Below the pieces are notes generated by a model, which was given only the letters and a program-made list of their open reading frames with translations, was not told where the DNA came from and searched no databases. Below are positions 27,093-35,091 of a stretch of 56,721 bases of DNA, piece by piece; within the stretch, counting starts at the first letter, position 1; each line of letters starts with the position of its first letter. The DNA lies in the IMG/VR virus record IMGVR_UViG_3300027819_000014, positions 1 through 56,721 of that record, one strand, 5' to 3'. This stretch comes from a virus (taxonomy: Duplodnaviria > Caudoviricetes). The position numbers and the translations under genes are program-made.

Positions 27093-28013
27093 ATGAATTA
27101 TCAAAAACACTACGATCAACTTATTTTCCGGGCACGGCATCGGCATATTAGAGGGTATAAAGAGAAACACCACGTCATTCCCCGCTGTATGGGTGGTGAT
27201 AACTCTAAACGCAATATTGTCCGACTTACACCGGAAGAACATTTTGTTGCTCATCAGCTTCTTGTAAAAATGCACCCTGGTTGTCATAAACTTGCGTACG
27301 CTGCAGGGGTAATGGCTATTAGAGGTGGTGCAAATAAGATATACGGTTGGCTTCGTAGAGCAATGGTTGGAAATACTCTTTCGGATGCAGGTAGGGCTAA
27401 GGTGTCAGCCGCAAGGAAGGGAAAGAAGTTATCTCCAGAGCACTGTAAAAAGCTTTCTGACTCACATAAAGGAAAAACAAATTCTCCGGAGGCCTGTGAA
27501 AAGATATCAAAGGCTTTGACGGGTAAAAAGCGTTCACCAGAAGCTTGTGCTGCTATTTCGGCGGGAAGCAAAGGGAAAACACTATCTCCAGAACACTGCG
27601 AAAAGATATCCAAGTTGAAGAAGGGTACACATCATTCGCCTGAGACGTGTGCTCGGATCTCTAAGGGTGGACGTGGTCTGAAGCGTTCACCAGAAACGTG
27701 TGCACGAATATCTGCTGCGCGTAGGCTTCGGCCGTCACCAATGTTGGGTCGGCACCATTCTCCGGAAGGAAAAGCCAATATATCTGCTGGACGTACGGGT
27801 AAGGGTTTGGGTTGGAAACATACTCCTGAGATGATAGCATATATGTCAGCAGTAAATAAACAACAGGCCATTTGGGTTGGTAAGAAGCATACAGAAGAGA
27901 CAAAAGTTAAGATGGTGAAGTCGGCATTAAAGCGATGGTACGGTGACGGTTGGGAAGCTGTAGCAGTAGCCCGTGGACATGTGATTAACGGTACGGCAGA
28001 AAGGGTGGATTAA
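27093..28013 (+). CDS. HNH homing endonuclease with NUMOD3 repeats
   Basis: EKHHVIPRCMGG.N...N.V.LTPEEHFVAH; about eight 17-aa SPExCxxISxxxKG repeats. Confidence 0.9.
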   Translation: MNYQKHYDQLIFRARHRHIRGYKEKHHVIPRCMGGDNSKRNIVRLTPEEHFVAHQLLVKMHPGCHKLAYAAGVMAIRGGANKIYGWLRRAMVGNTLSDAGRAKVSAARKGKKLSPEHCKKLSDSHKGKTNSPEACEKISKALTGKKRSPEACAAISAGSKGKTLSPEHCEKISKLKKGTHHSPETCARISKGGRGLKRSPETCARISAARRLRPSPMLGRHHSPEGKANISAGRTGKGLGWKHTPEMIAYMSAVNKQQAIWVGKKHTEETKVKMVKSALKRWYGDGWEAVAVARGHVINGTAERVD

Positions 28014-28017
28014 TATT

Positions 28018-28506
28018 ATGCGTACAACTATCCGGGAACTGAGTCAGAAGGGTAAATCACTTCAACGTCGTGTAGCCAAATTAGCTGATGATTCTGATGG
28101 TGTGTGGCGTACAGTTAGAGGTCGGCGAATATTTATTGGTAAAGGTGAAAGTTTTGATGACGCGTTGAAGAAAAGTTTGGGTGGTAAAAAGTCTGGGGTA
28201 TCCCGTGATGATAAAAAGCAACAAGACGTAGAGGCTAAACATAAACCAGAAGATAGCCGAAAGTGGGAGTCAGCGCGCAAACCCGGTGAACATAAATCGG
28301 GTGATCCAATCCCGATGGATGAGCGTAAAGCATTCGGTAAAGGTTTGAAGGTTGGAGATACCTTTGATCATGGAATACACGGTAGTTTAGCTGGAAAATG
28401 GAAGGTCACCTCCAGGGACGGCGATTATTTAAAGATTCGTAATACAAAGACCGGGAAGGTTGAAGATATCCATGACAGTAATGCTTCTCCGGCCTTTTAT
28501 AAGTAA
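28018..28506 (+). CDS. Putative head-cargo protein 1 (GVWRTxxGR motif + beta-barrel-like tail)
   Basis: N-terminus paralogous to 34392..34826. Confidence 0.7.
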   Translation: MRTTIRELSQKGKSLQRRVAKLADDSDGVWRTVRGRRIFIGKGESFDDALKKSLGGKKSGVSRDDKKQQDVEAKHKPEDSRKWESARKPGEHKSGDPIPMDERKAFGKGLKVGDTFDHGIHGSLAGKWKVTSRDGDYLKIRNTKTGKVEDIHDSNASPAFYK

Positions 28507-28508
28507 TT

Positions 28509-30062
28509 ATGATCCAAACCGCCTTAGCCCGCAACGAGGTGCCCCCTCACATTAGGGCACAGGCGGAGTTAGAGCTCAGACGTCGTTACGCTCCCGCCCG
28601 CGAGTCACTCAAAGGCTTCACTCAGGCCACGATGCCCAATATCCTGTGGGGCTACTTTCAAGAGCGGTTGTGCCGAGAGCTGGATCAGTTCTTGCTGGAT
28701 GTGTGGGCGGGGCTAAATCCGAGGCTGATGTTTATCGGCCCGCCTCGGCACGGCAAATCTGAAGTGGCTTCTAGAAGGTTCCCTGCGTACACGTTCGGTA
28801 AGGCTCCTAAGTCCAATTTCATCTCCTGTTCCTATGCTGCTCCGTTATCTCAGCGGATGAACCGGGATGTACAGCGCGTGATGGATCAGCCCGTGTACCG
28901 GCGCATCTTTCCTGATACCAAATTACACAGCACCAACATCGCCACTCTATCCGGGCAACCTTTACGTAACGCACACATATTTGAGATCGTCAAGCACTTA
29001 GGTTCATACCGTTCGGCGGGCGTAGGTGAAGGCATCACTGGGATGGGGTTTGATATCGGGGTGATAGACGATCCGGTGAAAGACGCTCAGCAGGCGAATA
29101 GTGAAGTGGAGCGGAATGGGATTGCGGAGTGGTATGAGACCACGTTCTACTCTCGTGCCTCCCCGCTGTCTGGCATATTGCTGATCATGACGCGGTGGCA
29201 TGAAGACGATCTCGCCGGTCGGTTACTGTACAAAGCACAGTTTGAGGGCGGGGAGCAATGGCGGGTTGTACGTTTACCGGCGATTGCGGAGGAAGACGAG
29301 TTCGATACCGTGACCGGAGAATTGATCCGGCACGAGGGTGAGGCGTTACACCCCGAGCGGTATCCGTTATCCCGGTTGGAGCAGATACGCACGGTGTTGG
29401 GATCATACAACTTTGCCGCGTTGTACCAGGGCAGACCCGTGCCTAAGGGCGGCGGTATTATTAAGAAGGAAGACTTTAAGTTCTACCGACGTGCGGAGTT
29501 GGGTGAGAATCCATTATTCGATCTTGTAGCATTGAGCACAGACGCGGCGTTCAAGGACACCAAGACTTCTTCCTATGTGGTCACGCAGGCGTGGGGCAGG
29601 CGTGGGAACAGGCATTATTTATTGGCACAGAGCCGGAAGCGGCTGACGTTTTCCGGCACGGTGAAGGATTTACGGACGATGCGGGGTCGGTTTCCGAATA
29701 CGAATGCGATCCTGATTGAGGATAAGGCGAACGGTCCTGCGATTATTGAAACACTGGCAAAGGAATTGCCGGGCGTGATCGCGATTGAGCCTCAGGGAAG
29801 TAAGACGGCGCGGGCAGAGGCAGTGGTTCCATTATATGAAGCAGGTAATGTGTTGCTGCCACACCCAGATGAGGAGCCGTGGGTAGAAGCATTTATGCAT
29901 GAGTGGTTGAGTGTGCCGACCGGTGCGTTCTGGGACCAAGTCGATGCAGCCTCGCAGTATCTCGTAAAGTTTGGAAGAGTATTACCTGTTAATATGTCTA
30001 CAGCGATGGCCGCAGAATCCGCGGTGGCAGCAGAAGACACCGGATCACCTTGGAATATGTGA
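28509..30062 (+). CDS. terL: Terminase large subunit
   Basis: PPRHGKS, VIDDP, MTRWHEDDLAG, IEDKANG, DQVDA. Confidence 0.96.
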   Translation: MIQTALARNEVPPHIRAQAELELRRRYAPARESLKGFTQATMPNILWGYFQERLCRELDQFLLDVWAGLNPRLMFIGPPRHGKSEVASRRFPAYTFGKAPKSNFISCSYAAPLSQRMNRDVQRVMDQPVYRRIFPDTKLHSTNIATLSGQPLRNAHIFEIVKHLGSYRSAGVGEGITGMGFDIGVIDDPVKDAQQANSEVERNGIAEWYETTFYSRASPLSGILLIMTRWHEDDLAGRLLYKAQFEGGEQWRVVRLPAIAEEDEFDTVTGELIRHEGEALHPERYPLSRLEQIRTVLGSYNFAALYQGRPVPKGGGIIKKEDFKFYRRAELGENPLFDLVALSTDAAFKDTKTSSYVVTQAWGRRGNRHYLLAQSRKRLTFSGTVKDLRTMRGRFPNTNAILIEDKANGPAIIETLAKELPGVIAIEPQGSKTARAEAVVPLYEAGNVLLPHPDEEPWVEAFMHEWLSVPTGAFWDQVDAASQYLVKFGRVLPVNMSTAMAAESAVAAEDTGSPWNM

Positions 30063-30072
30063 GGGAGTAAAA

Positions 30073-30309
30073 ATGACCAAAAGCGAAGCCGTAATGGTAT
30101 TGGTGCGTGAGGGTAGGCGATTGCGTCAATCTGTAGAGTCCAACCGGCGGATCATCGCCGCGTTGAAAACTTTGAACGTGGAGGGTGATGAACTCCTATC
30201 CGTAGGCCATCAGCTAGAGTTGTGGAAGGCGACGGGTGATCCGTATCTACACCGTGCCCCACGCTCACCCTCATTCGCGGAAGTGAGTAATATGGAAGTG
30301 AGTGCATAA
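30073..30309 (+). CDS. Hypothetical protein
   Basis: RBS GGAG before MTKSEA. Confidence 0.65.
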   Translation: MTKSEAVMVLVREGRRLRQSVESNRRIIAALKTLNVEGDELLSVGHQLELWKATGDPYLHRAPRSPSFAEVSNMEVSA

Positions 30310-30314
30310 CGATC

Positions 30315-31148
30315 ATGGAAGTCGGACACCCAGTGACCACAGAAAACGGATCACACGGGATCGTGGCGATGCGGCATAAGGACGGTACGACCACGATAGA
30401 CTTAATTGGCGGGACCACGATCCGTACCCGCCACAGTACGCTCAAAAGTTATTTCGATAACCCAATGCCGGAGGCGTCTATGGATGCAATGGTTAAGCCG
30501 GAACAAAGTACACGAGAGCAAATCCTTTCTATTATCAAAGCAGCGGGCGATGTAAGACTGTCCGCCGATGAGATTTATTCTCGTGGGTCATTTGCAGGTA
30601 AGGCTCAGGTGGCGAATGAGCTTTATGTGCTCTACCGCAAACACGCGGTGATCGGTCGGGAGAAGTACGATGCGGCCGAATCGGGCCGAGCGGTGTACAA
30701 GTATTGGCTGGTGCCGGGAGCAAAGCTGCCAGAGAATCCGAAGAAGGAAGTGAGCGAGAAGCAGCCAGAGCCAATTTTGACATCTAAATTCACGGTATTG
30801 TCCGCACCGGTACAATCGAAATCTAATTTCTCCATAGGAACGATGTCTGCCACGACAGGGATTGGAACTGGAACTATATCTGCGGGTAATGTAGTAGGCA
30901 CTACACCCGCGCCCACTAACTTTAAGTTCCCTACGTATGGTGTATGCATTCATTGTGGTGGTAACTTAACTCTGGATCACGTCTGCCCCCGTGATAGAGT
31001 GAAAGAGCAGCCGATCAAATCAGATGAGAATGAAAAACATAACTTGGCCACGTTGAAGGATCTGTTTGCACGTCGGGCTGCGATTGACGCGGCGATTGTG
31101 GCGCTGAAGAAGGTGATGTACTGGGATGATGAGGTGACTCATGGGTAA
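30315..31148 (+). CDS. Hypothetical protein (possible winged helix, CxxC..H.C)
   Basis: TREQILSII..LSADEIY..; CIHCGG..HVC. Confidence 0.65.
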   Translation: MEVGHPVTTENGSHGIVAMRHKDGTTTIDLIGGTTIRTRHSTLKSYFDNPMPEASMDAMVKPEQSTREQILSIIKAAGDVRLSADEIYSRGSFAGKAQVANELYVLYRKHAVIGREKYDAAESGRAVYKYWLVPGAKLPENPKKEVSEKQPEPILTSKFTVLSAPVQSKSNFSIGTMSATTGIGTGTISAGNVVGTTPAPTNFKFPTYGVCIHCGGNLTLDHVCPRDRVKEQPIKSDENEKHNLATLKDLFARRAAIDAAIVALKKVMYWDDEVTHG

Positions 31149-31356
31149 AGGGATAGACATGGCCCGTGGGAATGCCCCACTACATGCGGCGGTGTTGGAT
31201 GATTTTAAGGATCAGTTGCTGATCATACTTCTTAAACGATTGGGTGGTCAGGTATCGATTCCTGTGGCTGAGGTGGACGATACAGGGCAGGATATGTTGG
31301 CGTTCCGTATTGATGAACAGAAGGTATTCCATTTTGTGTTGAGGAAGAAGTCATGA
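31141..31356 (+). CDS. Hypothetical protein
   Basis: RBS GAGG. Confidence 0.7.
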   Translation: MGKGIDMARGNAPLHAAVLDDFKDQLLIILLKRLGGQVSIPVAEVDDTGQDMLAFRIDEQKVFHFVLRKKS

Positions 31357-31931
31357 GTGTCGCCACACTTGAAGATAGAATTGCACGGCTTGAGCGATTG
31401 GTATCGGAACTGGAGGCTCGTACCGTCGGATTGGTCACACTTGGGCCACAGCCTGAGAATGAAGATGACGTGGCTCGTCGTGAGAGTAAGACCAGACGAC
31501 TTATTGACGCAGTAAAAAAGAAGCTCTCCCCGCCACCTATCGTTCCTCCTGTTGATCGCAGCCAACAAGTCTTAACCGACGGCAGTCCGGTTCCGGAAGA
31601 TCGTTCACATACGCAAGATCGTGGTGACGGGCAGCAGAAGGATTACGTGGTATTGTCAGCAAATGAACGAAAGAAGGGTTTTGTGCGGCCGGTGCGTGAT
31701 TCTTATATTCATGTCGGCGTTGGTGGACATGAGGTAGACCCGAGTAATCCGGCCAAGTCTGGATTAAAGGCTCCCGGTTGTGGCGTGTTGACTCGTATGG
31801 GGTTGATATTAGCTGAAACCTATGCGCGCGATCCTAAGTTCTATAATGGAACATTTTGTGTTGGTTGTGGTAAACATTTTCCTTTGGATCAATTTGTGTG
31901 GGCAGATACAGATGAGATAGTCGGGAGTTGA
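31353..31931 (+). CDS. Zinc-binding phage protein
   Basis: FVRPVR.SY.H..CG..T.M..AETYARDP.FY..TFC..C..HFP. Confidence 0.8.
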   Translation: MSVATLEDRIARLERLVSELEARTVGLVTLGPQPENEDDVARRESKTRRLIDAVKKKLSPPPIVPPVDRSQQVLTDGSPVPEDRSHTQDRGDGQQKDYVVLSANERKKGFVRPVRDSYIHVGVGGHEVDPSNPAKSGLKAPGCGVLTRMGLILAETYARDPKFYNGTFCVGCGKHFPLDQFVWADTDEIVGS

Positions 31932-31937
31932 GTAGCG

Positions 31938-32144
31938 GTGGATAGCTTAAATAGGGGGTGTGCGATGTTTATTCTTAGCAAGCGATCCGAGAGAGGTTGT
32001 GAATGTTATCCGGAATGTCGGATTGATTGTACAGATCGGGAAAAATGTCTTGACACAATGCCGGAATATCAAACGAAGCTATATCGCGCAAAGAGATACG
32101 CGGCTGCGGTCCGTGCGAATTCTCCGCGTCCAGCATTGAGGTGA
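31938..32144 (+). CDS. Small Cys-rich protein
   Basis: ORF track; start uncertain. Confidence 0.45.
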   Translation: MDSLNRGCAMFILSKRSERGCECYPECRIDCTDREKCLDTMPEYQTKLYRAKRYAAAVRANSPRPALR

Positions 32145-32154
32145 AGTAGAGATT

Positions 32155-32334
32155 ATGACCATTAACGTACAGACCGCCTGCCCCATCTGCAATCGCAATT
32201 TCGCGACCAACAATGGGTTGTGGGTACATTTTAGTATGAAGCACCCAAATGATCCGTATCCGTTTAAGATGAACTGGTACGATAAGAGTAAAGAGAGTTG
32301 GAAACGGAAGAAGCAGAATGAACTTCAAACGTAA
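32155..32334 (+). CDS. C2H2 zinc-finger protein (59 aa; not in ORF track)
   Basis: CPICNRNFATNNGLWVHFSMKH. Confidence 0.65.
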   Translation: MTINVQTACPICNRNFATNNGLWVHFSMKHPNDPYPFKMNWYDKSKESWKRKKQNELQT

Positions 32335-32461
32335 ACGCTCAAGACGTCAGGTGCGTTGTACGATGTGCACACAGCATCGGTGGTTTGGTAATAACAAAGG
32401 CAGAAGAAGCTTCCGCGACGAGAAGCTGGCTGTAATCGCGAAGGAGCAACGTCATGGCTGA
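32318..32461 (+). CDS. Small Arg-rich CxxC protein (47 aa)
   Basis: MNFKRKRSRRQVRCTMCTQHRW.. Confidence 0.55.
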   Translation: MNFKRKRSRRQVRCTMCTQHRWFGNNKGRRSFRDEKLAVIAKEQRHG

Positions 32462-32840
32462 TGCATTAGCTGAAAGAGCAAAAGGGTTGGAAGAAGATAT
32501 CATGTTGCGATATAAACAAGGTCTTTTTCAGTTTCCTAATAATTTGCCGGAGTATTTGCTGCGACTTTCAAAGATGTATGGTCCGATCAGGATGGAAAGA
32601 CTTACTCTGACACCACACGGTAATGGTTCCTTGCAAGGGCATTTCAGCGTACCAAACCATAAACGTGAACTACTAGAAGCATTGTCTAGAGCTATCTTAA
32701 GGGATAGTTGGGAGTGGGAGATTGAAGAGTTGTTAGGCGGGGATTGTTTTGTGCACATAACACGGTACGTGGGTGATGATAAGTTTATGTTAAAAGGCCA
32801 TGATGAGCCTTCCTCAGTTTATGGAGAGCACTATGGCTGA
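32454..32840 (+). CDS. Hypothetical protein
   Basis: RBS AAGGAG. Confidence 0.7.
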   Translation: MADALAERAKGLEEDIMLRYKQGLFQFPNNLPEYLLRLSKMYGPIRMERLTLTPHGNGSLQGHFSVPNHKRELLEALSRAILRDSWEWEIEELLGGDCFVHITRYVGDDKFMLKGHDEPSSVYGEHYG

Positions 32841-34395
32841 TACTTGGTTGAAACGATTCGCAGTTTCCTTTGTCCCCGGCGCGGGGTCTTTCTTCGCCCC
32901 GCCCGCCATTAAGGATCCGAGTAAAGCGGACATGCAGCGGGCGCTCGCGTACGTGGACCCCTCACGCCTTACAGCGTCTTGGGCTATCTCACCCTATAAT
33001 CCAAGCTGGCTCGTGACTCGCAAGGGTCTTCAAATCTATGACCAGATGCGGCGCGACGAGCAGGTGAAGGCCGCGTTGAAGTTTAAGGTCGATTCCGTGC
33101 TGGCGTCAGGGTGGGAGGTGGTCAGTCCAGGGGATCAGGATGATGATTGGGAGGTCACACGGTTTGTGAAGGACTCGTTGGACTTTGTGCCGGGTGGGTG
33201 GAATCTGGTGTTGGTCAACATCCTCAGTGCACTCGCCTACGGGTATTCGGTTAATGAGCGTTTATATGAGGAGCGGGCACTCGGAGAGTGGAAAGGAAAA
33301 TTAGTTTTATCCCGTGTGCAGAGCATCAAGCCACACTATATTGATTTCCTTACGGACGAGTTCGGGGTGTTGAAGGGCGTGCAGCAGCAGTTGACTGGCT
33401 CTGGTAACACTTCGCTGCCCCCTGCTAAGTTTATCCTGTACGCACACGCGCACGAGTTCGGGAATTTTTATGGTACAAGTGATCTGGAAGCCGCATATCG
33501 CGCGTTCTGGGTAAAAGATAACGCGTACAAATGGCTGGCGATTACGTTAGAGCGGTACGGCATGGCTCCGCTGTTCGCGATGTATGACCCGAACTCTTAC
33601 ACAGGCAATGCGGTGGAGGAACTGAAAAAGGTAGTGAAGAATATCCAGAACGCCTCACTGGGTGTGATCCCGCGAGCGACAAAAGATTCGCTGGAGCTAT
33701 GGTCACAGTCGTTGAACAAGGGCAGCACTGAGTTGTTCCTGACCGCGTTAGATCGATTTGATCAGCACATTGCCCGTGGTATTCTCGTACCGGAGTTGAT
33801 GGGCATGAGCTCTAACCAGGGTACGACTGGATCGCTGGCCCGGAGCCAGACCAGCGCAGGATCATTTTTACAAGTCGTCTCCCAGATTCAGCAGAGTGTG
33901 GCCGGGGAGGTGATGAACGCACAGGTGATCCCCCAGTTGTGTGATCTCAACTTCCCGTCCCTGCAATCTTATCCTGTGTTCAAGTTCCTGCCGATGACGG
34001 ATGATAAGCGGCTGGAGATCATCACGGCGTGGGCGTCGCTGGTAGGCGGACAGGTGGTGAACAAGATTGAGGACGATGAGATACACATCCGCAAAGTGCT
34101 CGGGTTCCCGGAGAATGAGAACCCGGAGGTGTTGCCGAATCCTGAGACGCTTCCTGCGGGTGTAGGGCCAGACAGGAAACCGGTTGCGGTGAAGAAGCCA
34201 AATCCGTTTGAGAAGAAGCCCGCGATAGCCAAGGGTGGTGAGACGCCATTGAAGAAAGCACAGACGCCGAAGGTGATTGAGGCGTCAGAGTGGTCGGCGG
34301 AGATGCGGGAGTTTGCGGAAGAGCATGACGCGGTGTGGGTGGAGATGGAAGATGGTCAACGGGTGGCGGTTCCAACTGAGGAGACAGTGATATGA
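32833..34395 (+). CDS. Portal protein (Mu gp29/DUF935-like)
   Basis: YDQM.RD.QV, AL.YGYSV.E, GN.YG.S.L.AAY..W..K..W...LERYG, GSLAR. Confidence 0.9.
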   Translation: MADTWLKRFAVSFVPGAGSFFAPPAIKDPSKADMQRALAYVDPSRLTASWAISPYNPSWLVTRKGLQIYDQMRRDEQVKAALKFKVDSVLASGWEVVSPGDQDDDWEVTRFVKDSLDFVPGGWNLVLVNILSALAYGYSVNERLYEERALGEWKGKLVLSRVQSIKPHYIDFLTDEFGVLKGVQQQLTGSGNTSLPPAKFILYAHAHEFGNFYGTSDLEAAYRAFWVKDNAYKWLAITLERYGMAPLFAMYDPNSYTGNAVEELKKVVKNIQNASLGVIPRATKDSLELWSQSLNKGSTELFLTALDRFDQHIARGILVPELMGMSSNQGTTGSLARSQTSAGSFLQVVSQIQQSVAGEVMNAQVIPQLCDLNFPSLQSYPVFKFLPMTDDKRLEIITAWASLVGGQVVNKIEDDEIHIRKVLGFPENENPEVLPNPETLPAGVGPDRKPVAVKKPNPFEKKPAIAKGGETPLKKAQTPKVIEASEWSAEMREFAEEHDAVWVEMEDGQRVAVPTEETVI

Positions 34396-34826
34396 ATAAG
34401 ATTGCGGAACTGAGTCAGAAGGGTCAGGAGTTGAAACGTCGTGTTTCAAAGATGGCTGAGGAAAATGGGGTATGGAGAACTATACAAGGCCGTGCGATTT
34501 TTATCCCCACGGGTGGTTCAGTTGAAGACGCAATGAAGAAAGGTGGTTTGTCTAGAAAGGCTGCTGGTAACGCGGGAGGTAGCGGAAAGATTATAACTGG
34601 ACCAAAGTCTGGATTATCCTTGGATAAAGCACACATTGCCTTGAAGAAGGCTGCAATGCGTGATTTGGTGAAAGGGAAAAGAGTTCGAGTGGATGGCGGA
34701 TTTCGTTCTACTGGTGTTATTCAGAAAGTGGATAAAGTAAGATTCCGTGTACAGATATCTTTTGCTCCCGACTCTTCTGGGATGGGTTCTCTGGCTTGGC
34801 ACCCTATAGAGGATATTCGTCCGTGA
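34392..34826 (+). CDS. Putative head-cargo protein 2 (GVWRTxxGR motif + KOW/SH3-like tail)
   Basis: N-terminus paralogous to 28018..28506. Confidence 0.7.
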   Translation: MNKIAELSQKGQELKRRVSKMAEENGVWRTIQGRAIFIPTGGSVEDAMKKGGLSRKAAGNAGGSGKIITGPKSGLSLDKAHIALKKAAMRDLVKGKRVRVDGGFRSTGVIQKVDKVRFRVQISFAPDSSGMGSLAWHPIEDIRP

Positions 34827-34863
34827 AGTTAAGCATCGTCGTGGCCACTAACCGAGGCATTTT

Positions 34864-35091
34864 ATGGATAAAATGAAAGAAAAGGCACGACTGTTACAGG
34901 CTGAGGCAGAGAAACGTCCTCCTGGTAGTGTGTTCACATTTGAAGGCTTGTGTTATATCACAGTAGGTAAGAGGCCATCCAGTCTACGCCACACCAACCC
35001 GTACTTGCGGAAGCTGAGCGATCAGGAATTGGCTAAGGCAATTGAGAAAAGTGTGAAGAGTAACTGTACGGTGGAGGGAATAAAAGTATGA
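34864..35091 (+). CDS. Hypothetical protein
   Basis: Operon packing. Confidence 0.5.
   Translation: MDKMKEKARLLQAEAEKRPPGSVFTFEGLCYITVGKRPSSLRHTNPYLRKLSDQELAKAIEKSVKSNCTVEGIKV

Noticed and set aside
27380-27810. 51-nt periodic repeats as a novel array
   Set aside because: Explained by NUMOD3 protein repeats of the HNH endonuclease.
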